Source: Octopus bimaculoides
Taxonomy: Eukaryota
Length of the DNA stretch: 64,000 nucleotides
NCBI RefSeq assembly: GCF_001194135.2
Contig: NC_069007.1
Location: forward strand, 1,974,948 to 2,038,947
Direction of reading: 5' to 3'
Both the position numbers and the translations under genes were made by a program. This document shows, piece by piece, positions 25,548 to 38,553 of the stretch. Below the pieces are notes generated by a model, which ran no database searches, was not told where the DNA came from, and saw nothing but the letters and a program-made list of their open reading frames with translations. Positions within the stretch are counted from its first letter, which is position 1, and each line of letters starts with the position of its first letter.

Positions 25548-28500
25548 ACTGTTGCAACATTTAGTACGTTAGTAATTCATTTGCTTCCTTCTTCAAAATA
25601 TGGCAACGATAAATGTGTTAGCATTTATCTGCTATGGAAGAGTCCAACGAAACAATAGTCGATGAAATGATGCAAAAACTAAAACCCTGAGTTTGCTATA
25701 TTCCGCGAAAACAAAGCATGAACAATATACCCTAACCTGGCCGCAGTCCACAGTTAAAACTAGATTTAAACCGTGAAAAATCTATATCATGTGACATAGA
25801 TGACACAGATACGAGAGTAATGACACCTATCGATGTGTACCGAGAGAATTTCTCCAAACATATCGTATATAAATTGATAAAAGTTTAAGAGAATGCGAGG
25901 ACAGACAACGGAGATAAAACAAAATTCGAAAAATATTTGTCTCATGTTTATTTTTCAATTCTTTCTTTTTCAGTTTTTATTTCTATGTTGTTGCTAGAAA
26001 AGCTGGTGATTTCATGTTGACGCTCTTCATAATTTTGTGTAGTATATTTTGTGACAGTTTTAATATATTCTATACTCTATTTTCTGTATAGTTCGTGTTG
26101 TTTAATATAGTCTTCGTTTATTTTCATATATTCTAAACGTTGTTTTTTACTGTTTTCGTGTTTTTACACATATATATATATATCATTTTTCATTTATTTC
26201 GTCAATGTTATGAATAAGAAACATGTAGACGGGAAAAATGTTTAAAAAAAAAACAGAAAACCGAAAAGAAAAAGAAAAAAATAGACAAAAAAATTTTATT
26301 TCCAATCTTTAAATATTTACGACAGCAACTTTCTTCGTAAATCAGTAACGTTGCCAAAGACTGAGTCCAAACAGCAATACACACACACACACATATATAT
26401 ATATACACCCATATATATATATATGCATATATATATATATACATACACATATATAAATATATGCGCACATATATTTCCAAGCGCACTCACATATACATAC
26501 ATATATATATATATGCATATATATATATACACATATATATGTAATTATATGTATGTGTGTGTATGTACGCACACGTTTGGCTCTGTGTGGGGGGATGGGT
26601 CGTATTGAGAGAGAGAGAGTGCGAAATAGACATAGAGAGATATAGTGAGAGTGATAGACAACTATAATGAAACAATAAAATTTAACAGAAAAAAGAGACA
26701 ATGAAATGGTGAAAGAGGAAGACAGAAGCAAACATAGAGAGGAAGAAAGAAATAATGGTATGATGGAAGCCTTCCTTGATGAAGAAGCCGTAAATATATC
26801 AAGTAGAAGAAGAAGAAGAAGAAAATATGTAAACAAGAAGTGAATACGTTTTTCATTAGATTTTGGCGTTAAAAGTCAACAGGGAAACTAATAATAACAA
26901 TATCATAGAGTTTTAAATAGAATGTGTAAGTGATATATGTAGTCGGAAGACGGGCTAGAAATAGAAACCAAATTTACGTTAATGGATACACTGCTACGGT
27001 AAAGAAAAATATATTAAGGGCAGATTGGGAATGTATTTTTAAATGCTGTATTTAAATATTCTGGATGGCAATGCCTAGAATACAGTATAACATAAATTGT
27101 ACTGATTTATGAAGTTTAGGACATTTGAATCGGCTATTTAGAATGGTTTATTAAATCTGGAATCGCATTTGGATATTTCACTATTAACGGGTCATATCAA
27201 CACTTTTATCTGACGAGCCAGGGAATGTTCTTTATTGTTGAAACGAGGAATGGAAAGGTATCCAGCATAAAGGTGTTATGCGTTTACTATTCTGTCTTTG
27301 GAGTTTAGATATGCAGAAGGTATCGAAAAATTATTCGCAGGTAAAGAATTTAGAGTTGATATTTTTATTAAGATTCCTCTCCATTTCTTCGTTACTCCAG
27401 TTAGCACACAGGAGAGCCACTTAAAACGGATACAAAGCTATTATAAATGGATAGAGAAAAATTCATTCATAATAACAATGCGATATATAGCTGTTAACTT
27501 ACATATGCTTACATTTACATATATATATATATATACTTGTTAAACATTACGGCAAGGCAAACATCTCAAGTCATATACAATAATTATTATTTAAAAATAG
27601 GGAAAATGAGAATGGTATATAGTAATGGGATGACGACATACAGAGAGTAAAAGAATAAGGGGGTGAAAAGAAGGAAGAAAAAAGAAGCATAAATGTTCAT
27701 GGTTCAACTTTCTGAAGTTGTAGAAAGAAGAGCATGAGTTCTTATGTGCATTCCTGCGTAGATCCATGAACGCAAGCCCTTATGCGCAACTTTGCTTATA
27801 TCCATGTCAGTTAAAGTCCTGATATAGTAGACATCGAAAGAAAAAAACGCGAACATATCAACGTTCAATAACAGAATGGTAACGGAAGTGGCTATTAAGT
27901 GGTAAAAGGAAAGAAAAGAAAAGAAATAGAAAGAGAGGTAAATAGAATGAGGGAAGGGGATATTTTAAGGATTGACTATAGGATAAAGTAAGCTGCATAG
28001 GTGTATTGTGTATAAGAACTGTGTACGGAGTAGCCGAGACGAGAGAAGAAGAGGAGGTAGAGGAAGAGAGGGTAAAAAAAAAGAGCAAAATGAAAAGAAT
28101 GTAAAGAGAGTAGTAGAAGTCTAAACTTGTTTGGGAGTAAATTTAGTAGTAATTGTTTGTGTCCGTTCTGGCTAAGGTCAGTGGCTGTAAAGTTATTTTT
28201 AGCAATGGGGTTATGGGGCTATGGGTATGTAGGTAGTTGAGAATGGAAGGGCTGAATTTTTTATGAGTGGGAGTAAGAGTTAGGGTGTTTATATTAGGGG
28301 ATTTATTGGGTTAAGGTTTAAAAATAAATTAAGGATAGATTAAAGAGTTAATATTTATCTCATAGTGTGATGAGGTAACATAGATGGAAATGAGGTAAGC
28401 CATAAGGAAGAAATATGCGTTATAGAGACATAGAAGGGGTATGTGTTAATGATCATGGGGTATGTATATGGATGCTATTCGCGGGAGGGGAGGCGAGCTC

Positions 28501-28585
28501 TATTTACGGGTCAAACGATATTACTCTTGGCGTTTCCTCTTTTCGATCATTGTTATCTTCTCCCGATGGCTGTGGCCTTCTCTGC

Positions 28586-29211
28586 GGATCTATTTTAAAA
28601 CGGGGGCACCAGTATTTTCTTAACGATACACTTTGAAACTTGGGACACTGGTAGAATGTGTCATATAAAACATCTTTTACTCTTAGTCTTCTTAACAAAA
28701 AAAAGGAATTCGCAAGTTATTCCATGTTAAAGTTGTCGTATTTCTGTAATTTCAACCAATCACTGACGTCTATTCAGCACAATAGAGTTACTGCTGGGCG
28801 GTCATAAAAATGTTATTCCCTGTGACATATTTCATCCGGTTTAATCGTAATTTATACGCATATATTGTTTATATAATAAATTACGCTGTGCGTATCTATG
28901 TGTGTAACAATTTTAGAATTCGGATTCTAGAGTTAGGGTTACGGTTACGGTTAACAGTCTAGTTAGGGTTAGGGGATTAATACGATATACACCGTTACAG
29001 CGCTAACTGTTTTCAACTGAATAGACGTCAGTGATTAGTAGAAATTATCGAAATAAGACAATTTTTTACATGAAATAAATTCGAATTCAAAAATATTTTT
29101 CTGTTCTATAACACAAAATAGATAAGTATACGAAGTTTGAAAGTCTTTCCGTACCAAAAACACTACGTAAAACATAAATGAAAACTGGCGCCCCCGTTTT
29201 AAAATAGATCC
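28586..29211. mobile_element. Non-autonomous TIR element (MITE-like), 626 bp
   Basis: 28-bp TIRs GGATCTATTTTAAAACGGGGGC(A/G)CCAGT (28586-28613 and 29184-29211, one mismatch); internal perfect 20-bp inverted repeat (28758-28777 and 29017-29036); gttagggttacggttacgg core. No TSD found. Confidence 0.8.
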
Positions 29212-29582
29212 TTTTGATCTATACTCCACACTAACAGCAAGTATCATACGGCGGTGAATATGTATGTGTGTCCTAGGATTAAAGGGTAGTTCAGTATCTG
29301 CACTGTCCCCTATTTTACAGACCCTTCAATTAAGCATGTCGTAGATGGGTTTCTGGATGTTTCCATCGTTAACATCATTTTTTCTTAAAGGCTACAAATT
29401 CATCAAGTAACGGAACGTCACATTTGGTTACGCTTCTCTAACTCCTATCGGCGATGCGTGTATATGTGGGTGCGTGTGTTTATGCGCATGTCTATGTATG
29501 CATGTATCTGTGTACATATATGCATATAAAAATTTGTATATGTGTGTATGTATATAAATATATGTATATTTTATATGCATAC

Positions 29583-29631
<49 letters not shown>

Positions 29632-29672
29632 CATAAACATACAAACGTCTATATATATATATATATATATAT

Positions 29673-29716
<44 letters not shown>

Positions 29717-30418
29717 AGAGGAATACATATGTATTTATTCATGCTTATGGATAAAAACATGCAATTATATATACATGTGTGTGAATGTGTGCATATATAT
29801 GTGCATGCATTTCAATATCGATATATGCGAAATAATTGCAACATACATACATTCTAGAATGCATAAATACATATGTGTGTATGGTGTGTGTGTGTGTGTG
29901 TGTGCGTGCACATGCTAGTGTCTCTGCTTACGTTATTGTTTTATATCTAAGTGTATTTGAGAAAAAATAAAAAAGAAAACTGAAGCGATATCATCTCACA
30001 AGAATAAAAGAATAAATTAGTAAAATTACAATTTGATTCGATGAAAATAAGTCGAAGTTAGACCGAAAAGGAGAGCGAAAGGAAAACATATTCTGTGATT
30101 CTTCATTTTTTTGGCATCAACATTTCATTTTTTTTTAAACTGATCGTCTAAATATACGTATGATTGACAGGTAACAGATCAAGCATACAGATAGCACACC
30201 TTATTTGGGTCAACCTTAGACCAATGTTATATTCTTCATGTCATTTAAATGAAAGTTTGTTGGCCGGATTCCAATTTCTATTCCAAGAGCTCGATATTGG
30301 TAAATAAACAAAAGGATAAGAAAAAGATTCTCGACTTTTTTTATGTAAATATGAAGATGATGATCTAAAGCTAATAAATAGCAAATATATAACATAAAAT
30401 TTGAAATATATATGTATA

Positions 30419-30458
<40 letters not shown>

Positions 30459-30580
30459 AACACATGTATGTATGCACATATATACAAACACATGTATGTA
30501 TGCACATATATACACATATGTATATACCTATACACTATATAGAGATATATCAATATATACACACATATACAGATAGACAG

Positions 30581-30611
<31 letters not shown>

Positions 30612-30712
30612 GTTCAAAAAAACAATAACAAAAAAACAAAAAAACAACAAAGTGAGGACGTGATATGGATAGTATTATTGGACGCTCAGGAAAGGAAAGA
30701 GAGAGTGTGTAT

Positions 30713-30739
30713 GACGTTTCGGGCGTAGCCCTTCGTCGG
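30713..30739 (-). ncRNA. Hammerhead-like core (family H3) in a probable Penelope-like terminal repeat; stem I not evident
   Basis: Minus strand CCGACGA A GGGC-TAC-GCCC GAAAC GTC: perfect 4-bp stem II, intact GAAA, zero-loop palindromic stem III, GUC triplet. Confidence 0.45.
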
Positions 30740-30978
30740 AAAGATGGAAAGTTCGGAGAATGGAAGAACGGAGAAAGAGGAAAATGGTACCGATGCCCAC
30801 GAGGTTACATTATGAAAAGACCGGAAGAGGAGGTGGTGGGGGAAAAGTTCATACATATATCTTTAAGTTCGTTTACAAAAAATGTTTTGAATATGCATAT
30901 GAATGCTCTGGGATCGCAACGTACTGTGACGATACAATGCAGGATAGACATAGTAATAAAAATGATAATTCTTGAACG

Positions 30979-32340
30979 ATTATTATCATTATTATTGCTT
31001 TTGCGCAGCTTCTAACGCTGGAGGTGTATTGCGGTGTCAGTTGTTCACTACCAGTGAACTAAAGTAAAATTCCTTATTTTTTGAGCACCTCCCGGAGTAC
31101 CCGAGCGGTTCCAGGCAGTGCTGTTTTCTGCAAGTTCTCCACCCTTATTGCAGCCCGTATGTCTTCCATGTACTTCTCATGATTTTTACTCACTGTTCCC
31201 AGGGCTCTGACAATTCAATAATACACCTAGCACCTTTTTCATCGACCACAACTGCTTAATGTCCCAAGTTAACCTGTCATATCTATCGACTTTTTCGTGC
31301 TTTACTAGGTTCATGTTCATGCCATTTATCAATATGGTCAAATACTAGCGTTCTACATAACACACATTGGAGGCGCAATGGCCCAGTGGTTAGGGCAGCG
31401 GACTGGCGGTCACAGGATCGCGGTTTCGATTCCCAGACCGGGCGTTGTGAGCGTTTATTGAGCGAAAACACCTAAAGCTCCACGAGGCTCCGGCAGAGGA
31501 TGGTGGCGAACCCTGCTGTACTCTTCCACTACAACTTTCTCTCACTCTTACTTCCTGTTTCTGTTGTGCCTGTAATTCAAAGGGTCAGCCTTGTCACACT
31601 GTGTCACGCTGAATATCCCCGAGAACTACGTTAAGGGTACACGTGTCTGTGGAGTGCTCAGCCACTTGCACGTTAATTTCACGAGCAGGCTGTTCCGTTG
31701 ATCGGATCAACTGGAACCCTCGACGTCGTAAGCGACGGAGGGCCAACAACATAACACACATTGGATTACTCTCCACATCTTGGTATGTCTTTTCTCGTAT
31801 TCCTTCTATCCCAGTATGCTACATTCTCTTAGTTTATGAGTAACGCTTTCCTCTTTTGAATTTTATAACCTGCTCTGCGAATCTACTACTATTTTCTGCA
31901 GTTCTGATCGGGAAACTACCATGCAAAGCCTTCTCCTGCCAGTCAGGTAAATTCTGTTCTTTATTCTGACTTTTAACTTCGCATGGTGTTTTGGTTTCCC
32001 TAACACTAGCAGCACTTCATGAACTCTCTTCACTAGTAGTCTATATCTACTCCATGCACTCTTCTACTGATATTAACCATCTACCGCCTTTCTTTCTAGG
32101 TAAGTATAATCTTCCGACTCCTGACCTTGGGGAAAGTCCTCCATTCACATTGAATCCGTTCCTAGTTCTTCTGTCTAGCTTTGCTAATTCAGTTTTTGTC
32201 CAATCTACAAAAGCTGCTGAGTATCTAAATAATGATACTGCCCAAGCATTTACAGCCTTCACTAGATTCGGATCATTTAGCTTTGACCTGATTATCTTAC
32301 TCACCCTTCTGATGTACTATTTTTTCCCATCTATTGTCAT
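30979..32340 (-). mobile_element. R4/Dong-type non-LTR retrotransposon, 3' half (post-RT region, zinc-finger remnant, RLE C-terminus, 3' UTR, (TAA)n tail)
   Basis: YIRRVSKIIRSKLNDPNLVKAVNAWAVSLFRYSAAFVDWTKTELAKLDRRTR..RLYLPRKKGGRWLISVEEC; WQEKALHGSF; EESVTHKLRECSILG*KEYEKRHTK..LCRTLVFDHIDKWHEHEP; EKVDRYD; ALGTVSKN..LQKTALPGTARVLREVLKK* (stop 31074-31076); AATAATAATGATAATAAT tail. Confidence 0.88.
31369..31748 (+). mobile_element. SINE family 3, full length, nested in the R4/Dong fragment
   Basis: A and B boxes, CCAAC tail, 16-17-bp TSD acataacacacattgg(a) at 31355-31371 and 31749-31765; removing it restores the LINE reading frame. Confidence 0.93.
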
Positions 32341-33564
32341 TCATGTTTTTCTTATCACCGTTTTAACAAACGTGTTACTATTATTATCAGTATTAATTTC
32401 AGTGTTATATCCTCCTTTACGACATATTGCTTACTTTCCGCTGATATGTTGATACCCTGACTGTATGAATCATTGGATGCTGACTCGAAGAAATCATCAA
32501 CCCACGTTTCTAGACCATGTCGTTGTTGAACGAAACACCTCGCAGACTCTGCGAGAGCAACCGTAAATGTCGATAACCTGAACGCGCTACATCAAGAGAA
32601 TAAATTGAGCGAGGTAGAACATCCCGAACGAGATTTTGAATACCGGTTGTGGTCAAGTTACTGATTTATATGTGGGGTGTTGTCGAGTTAATGTAGTAGG
32701 CTGTGTTACCTGTTCGAGGTGAAAGGTTTTGCTGATTTGGCTATCAAGGAAATGGGATACCTGACATTATCACGAGACCAGCCCACTACTAGATCCAATT
32801 GGTTGGTGTTATTGACGCAGATTCTCATGGATGGACTTTTAAATTCGAAACCTATTGAGCTGGTCGACTGTGGCGAAGCTGTGATGTAGAATTTAGACTC
32901 TTTGAAGTGTGCAGTCTATTCACATGTAGTTCTCTGTCGCTTTCGTACAGTTTTATGTACTTTAGCATATAAATGTTATTTCTGAATGGGGGCAGGGGAC
33001 TTCCAATATGTAGAAGTATTTTCAACTCACTTCATTTTATTCCATTTGATTTTATGTTAAAGAATTATCAGGGTGTTATATCTGAGTGAATCTAGATCGA
33101 AGTTTTAGTAAGGTAGTAACGTTAGTTCCTCAGGAAAATAATGGGTATAGTTTTATTGTGTAGGGTGTTAGCTACCAATTGTATTAAGATAGATATGTGA
33201 CATACACACATTTATACTTCACTGCAGGCGTGAGGGTAAATGTGACTATATATGTGTGTGTGTGTGTGTGTGTGTGCGTACGCAAAGATGTGGGCTGTGT
33301 CTGTATGGTTTCAGGGAACATCAATTAAAACTGTACCGGAACACGTTAAACATATATGTGCTTAATGGATTAAAGAACAAAGAGAATAGTGAATAATTAT
33401 CGTAAAATATTTACTGCGCTTGCATGAAATTCAAGTGAGGAAGGTGTGAATTTATGGGACGAAATTCGTTTTTGCATATACATGCGTACATATATATAGA
33501 TGTGATGGTGTATTTATATATGTATACAGATGTATAATTACATGTATATACATACATATCCATT

Positions 33565-33609
<45 letters not shown>

Positions 33610-33619
33610 NNNNNNNNNN

Positions 33620-33670
<51 letters not shown>

Positions 33671-34918
33671 TACATATATATATATATATACTAAACAATA
33701 TCGTTACGCATATATGCACACATAGAAACCTGTAATATATTCATATACCATGTGTGTATGTGTTGACGTACTTTTATGTGGCAGTTAAATTATATATACA
33801 TATTTACTTATTTCCATGTGTAGTATGTTTGCGTATATCACTCGCATGTAACAACACACACAGACACACATATTTACATATATGAACATAGGCTGATATA
33901 TAAAGGCACACTTATACACATACAAGTTAGTTCCTATACGCATTATCTGTTCATCAGAAGCGAGTCTAATTCGAAAGAGATTTTTTTATTTACTTATTTT
34001 AATCATACTTCTGATTCGTAACCATTAGTATGAATTTGTGAACAATAAAGTAATTATTGCTAATCAGACATATATTTCAAATTAATTAGATAATAACCAA
34101 TTATATCATAAACCTGTGTGATGAAAAGATAATCAAAAAAATGTCAAAACTAAGAACGCTATAGCGTAGATTCTCGCACGTTGATATGCATGCGTACAGG
34201 ATATTGGTTGCTTTTGCAGAAACGGTGGAGCAGAAGATTAATCGTAGAAGATTATGAATTGTTATGACATTTACATTCTGTCGTACTTTTAATTAACCAT
34301 GGTTGAAAAACATAAACATGACTACGGGTGACATGACACGGAATGAAATTCTCCAGTCGTTCCCCCACATCACAAACGCGTGTATCAAGCTCATGATGGC
34401 TTCATTGATTTTCGTAAAAGACTTATCAAATATCGAAGGTCATTACGGATCTCTGAAAGTGGTGTTGCCACAGAAAAGCACTGACATATTATGGTTTGTT
34501 TTCAAGCATTTGTCTTGGTACTATTGCTTTTAAAAAGTGAAGCGTAATGAGAGGTGTTGTTATTGCATCAGTGAAAACATTAATTGTTCCACCAATAAAC
34601 CATTCCGCATCTCAAGACGACAAATATCTTAGAGTTACAGCCAAGTTAATTATTTTCGCTGACGTTAGTATGTCTGTCTATCTATATATCTATCTATTTA
34701 TATATTAACCACATAGACATAGTGATAATAATAACCTGGTGTTATAACTCAATATACAAATGCTTCAAGACGAAGCGTCAGTTGATTACAGAGCCGTAAT
34801 AAAAATGACAAAGGAACAAAACATTATGTATGTCATGAACTTCATTAGCGAACAACTCTTCTTCTATAAGATGCAATGCCATTACATAAATCTTTATTCC
34901 ATTGTTATTCTAATCTCT

Positions 34919-34968
<50 letters not shown>

Positions 34969-34979
34969 CATTATGCATG

Positions 34980-35020
<41 letters not shown>

Positions 35021-35028
35021 CTTTTTCC

Positions 35029-35061
<33 letters not shown>

Positions 35062-35062
35062 T

Positions 35063-35469
35063 AAGCGGATGGGTGGTTGTGTAGTAAGTAGCTTGCTTAC
35101 CAACCACATAGTTGCGGGTTCAGTCCCACCGGGTGGCACCTTGAGCATGTGCCTTCTACTATAGCCTCGGGCCGCCCAAAGCATTGTGAGTGGATTGGGT
35201 AGACGGAAACTGAAAGAAGCCCGTCGTATATATAGATATATATATATATTTGTGTGTATGTGTGTTTGTGTGTCTGTGTTTGTTCCAACACCACTTGAGA
35301 ACCGATGCTGGTGTGTTTACGTCCCCGTAACCTAGCGGTTCGGCAAAAGAGATCAATAGAGTAAGTACTAGGCTTACAAAGAATAAGTCCTGGGGTCGAT
35401 TTGCTCGACTAAAGGCGTTGCTCCAGCATGGCCGCAGTCAAATGACTGAAGCAAGTAAAAGAGTAAAAG
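35063..35469 (+). mobile_element. SINE family 2 (CORE-like), full length with internal microsatellite
   Basis: tRNA-like head with gggttcagtccc B box, caccttgagcatgtg (CORE-like CCTTGGGCAAGT), internal TA/TG run 35227-35275, 3' end aaatgactgaagcaagtaaaagagtaaaag. Confidence 0.9.
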
Positions 35470-37432
35470 TGTATATACGTGTCTGTGTGAGTATGTGTGT
35501 ATATTCCGATATCTTTTCTTTTCTGTTTCAAACAATATATAAAGTTTATATATTCCTTATTTTCGTTAAAACATTCTACTATTCCGTCAAAGTGTAAAGT
35601 ACTTTTACTTGTGTCTCGGCATAAAACGGTTAGCTAAATTCACTTTATTGTACTTGTTTACGACTAGAATTTTGTGGCCTGCAGCAATGAGTAGTATGTG
35701 TGTATTATATATAGAAGTGATATGAGCAGGAATGCGACTTGTCCATAGATACAGTAGAAATTATTGATCAAAATGACGTTTACTCCATACAATACATGGA
35801 AACCAATCTGGCGTTGTCTCCTGTATCTGTTAATCAAGCCAGAAACTCTTTTTAAAAGAACATATGGAAGGAAGAATAATTTTATGATGGAATCAGTTTG
35901 CGCTGCAAACGGCCTTCATTTGAACGAAAGCTTTATCGTTCATTCATTCATTCAGTCGTGTAGTTAACTAGTCAGCCAGGCGTTTGTTATAATAAATATC
36001 AAGAGAACCACACAGCGATGTTTTCTTTACTATGTAAACATGTGTTTCATAATACTTGGCAACATGGTTCCAACAAAACAAAGTAAAAGAATAACAAATA
36101 AAAAGCAAACATATTGGTATCATGAGCAGCTGATTAAAGAAACTGTTACAACTGCATATCAGCTCATTTTGTTGTATTTGGATACATAGTTCCACAGTCC
36201 ATTTTAAGTCTATTATTGTAGAATAACAGAGAGCAGATTGCCTCTATTAATCATACGACATCGATCTAAGGATCATTAGCTCGCTTTGAGCTAACGAAGG
36301 GGCCACTGGGAAAATACTCAATTACACACACATACAAAAAAAAAGAACAAAACAACAGAGGAGCCAACCTTCTCTCAATTCCCACATGACCTTTCCAAAT
36401 AAAGATGTATTCAATATCGTGGCCCTTATTATAAAGGGAAATACGTGACAGTCGCTGCTGGAACACAATTGATCGTAGGTCTTCTAGGAATCGACCAGAG
36501 CTGACCTATGACTAAACCATGGTAACAGCAACAACAACATAATTTTCTGCTGCATTTTAAGTATATTCAATACACAGTAACGCAGTACACTTAATCTTCA
36601 TTGTAAAGCTCGGATCATAGCATCTTTCACATCAATTCGACCCACATCTTCGCCAGCCACTTTATTCTGTAAAAATATTGACACGTTTCAGAGAACTGAA
36701 ATTAAATGTGGGAATGTGTATGAAGGACAAGCAACTAATGCCGTAGAATTATTTGTCAATATATATTGTGTCGCGAAATGAGATTAGATGAACGATATAA
36801 TTAGACTTGTAAATGAACGAACTTTTCTCTTCTCCAGCGATATATTTATGTATTTGGAGTAGAGTGTGAATTAAATGCGTTAGTTAGTTACGATGTTAAG
36901 CCTCCCGGGGAACATTACAAAGAGCTGGAGAAGTGAAGAATACTAACTTGTATATATTTCTTTCCATGTATATTTATATACATTTGCACAGGAACACACA
37001 CATAAACACATCACGCTGATATGCGCACTAACATCATGCATACAGAAACACACTTACGCCATTTTATATCAGAATGGTACATGCTTGGCAATGAATTGAT
37101 TTGAAAGTCTGTGTTAAAACAAAAGCAATTATGACGTAGAAAGTCATTATAGCCATTCAGATACACACCAAAATGTTTAAATGCCTCTTTCGTTATTTGG
37201 AAAGAATTTATGCCATAATTGTAACACTGTTTGTGCGTTTATGTCCAATAAAAGGCTCACCTAGCATTTTGTGATGTAAACACAATATGAGTCTGACAAA
37301 GTTTGGAAAGACTGGTGCAAGAAATAGGGAGGGGGCATAGTTCCCTAACTGAAGTTACAGGGAAGATTGCGTAATAAATTTGGATAAAGGGAGGAGACAC
37401 GTGTCTTATTGAAAAATATCACAATAAACCAC

Positions 37433-37501
37433 TATTCAGAGTTTTACGTTCCCGTTCGTCGAACAAACTGCCCGGCAAACGGGAACGTGAAACTCTGAGT
37501 A
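37433..37501. ncRNA. Inverted pair of degenerate H1 hammerhead-like motifs
   Basis: 19/20 inverted repeat (37437-37456 and 37478-37497); plus-strand copy ccggcaa ACGGGAACGT GAAA CTCTGAG TA, minus-strand copy tcgacga ACGGGAACGT AAAA CTCTGAA TA; same repeat as 4432-4477. Confidence 0.45.
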
Positions 37502-37514
37502 TGGCAACTACTGA

Positions 37515-38330
37515 ATCTTTTTTTTTTTTTATCCAGAATCCCTGTACACCCTCAGATACTTCAGCTTTCCAATTGCTTCTCTTTTTACTCATATTTCTAA
37601 AACTGTCTTCTGTGAAGTGGATAACCTCTTGCTGGGGAAAAGCATCTGTTTGCGTCTGGCTGCAGAGCCATTCAGCTCTAGGATTCTGTTGTTCTTGCTT
37701 ACTCTATAACTTAATCCAGAGAGGTCGATTTTCATCTGCATCATAGATTAATCTTTCACGCTTTTATCATCATTAATCTTTTGATAAAATCATTTTTGGT
37801 CGTCGGTTCTAAACAATCTGTTTTGCCGGTATTGCTTAATCCGTTTTTTCAAACCTGCTTAGCTTTGCTTTTATTGTTTTTTGCAACTATGCGCTGCTTC
37901 AGTTCGTCAATTACAACATTCAGTCTTTTTTATATTTTGACCATACTTCTTCCTAACAAATTCGAATTTCTATTCATTCTTAAGTTTTCCATTTCTTCTC
38001 CTGGCAAGTGTTGACACTATACTGTTCAAGGTTATATCTTCTGAAAGTCTCCGTTTCCACTAAGGTTGTTTAATTCCTCTTCTATCCGTTGCTGTTCTGT
38101 TCTCAGTCGTTCTCAATCCCATTCTCTCCGCCACAATCTTATTAGCAGCCTTGATATGATTATTTCTTTGTTTGACGTTCTCTGCTCCGCGGTGCCGCAA
38201 TATATTATTCACTCTTCTCGTCTCTTGATTTAGGCTCCACTGGAATGCTTTGTAAGTGATATATTTAGACAGAAGTGGATTTAGTGATATCATGTTTTGT
38301 CGTGGAATGACAGTCTTTTGGTACACTTTC
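37515..38330 (-). mobile_element. R4/Dong-type non-LTR retrotransposon, pre-RT N-terminal region
   Basis: IKAANKIVAERMGLR; LNVVIDELKQRIVAK; KLSRFEK/RIKQYRQNRLFRTD..FYQKIN; DADENRPLWIKL*S..NPRAEWL; KKRSNWKAEVSEGVQGFWIKK (cf. NWKAPGPDGVQGFW). Confidence 0.82.
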
Positions 38331-38553
38331 GTGTGTCAAAAATGTACTAAATAATTGAGAAGAGAATTTGCGCCTCGAAGTTCGAGATTATCTCTAGGAG
38401 AACGATCTACATGTATATGCATGAAACGTCAACGTGAATGCGTGTCTTTTTGTTACGATGTATGTTCCAGAGACAGTACGAGAGAGAGAAACAGAGAGAG
38501 AGAGAGACACAGAAACAGAGAGAGAGAGAGAGAGGCGGAGGGGGGGAGAGGCG

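Noticed and set aside
28930-28976. TTAGGG as a true telomere or fusion site
   Set aside because: Only a few degenerate hexamers, enclosed within a TIR element.
31369-31440. tRNA-like cloverleaf heads (also 25480-25547, 35063-35130)
   Set aside because: SINE heads continuing into SINE bodies with TSDs; not tRNA genes.
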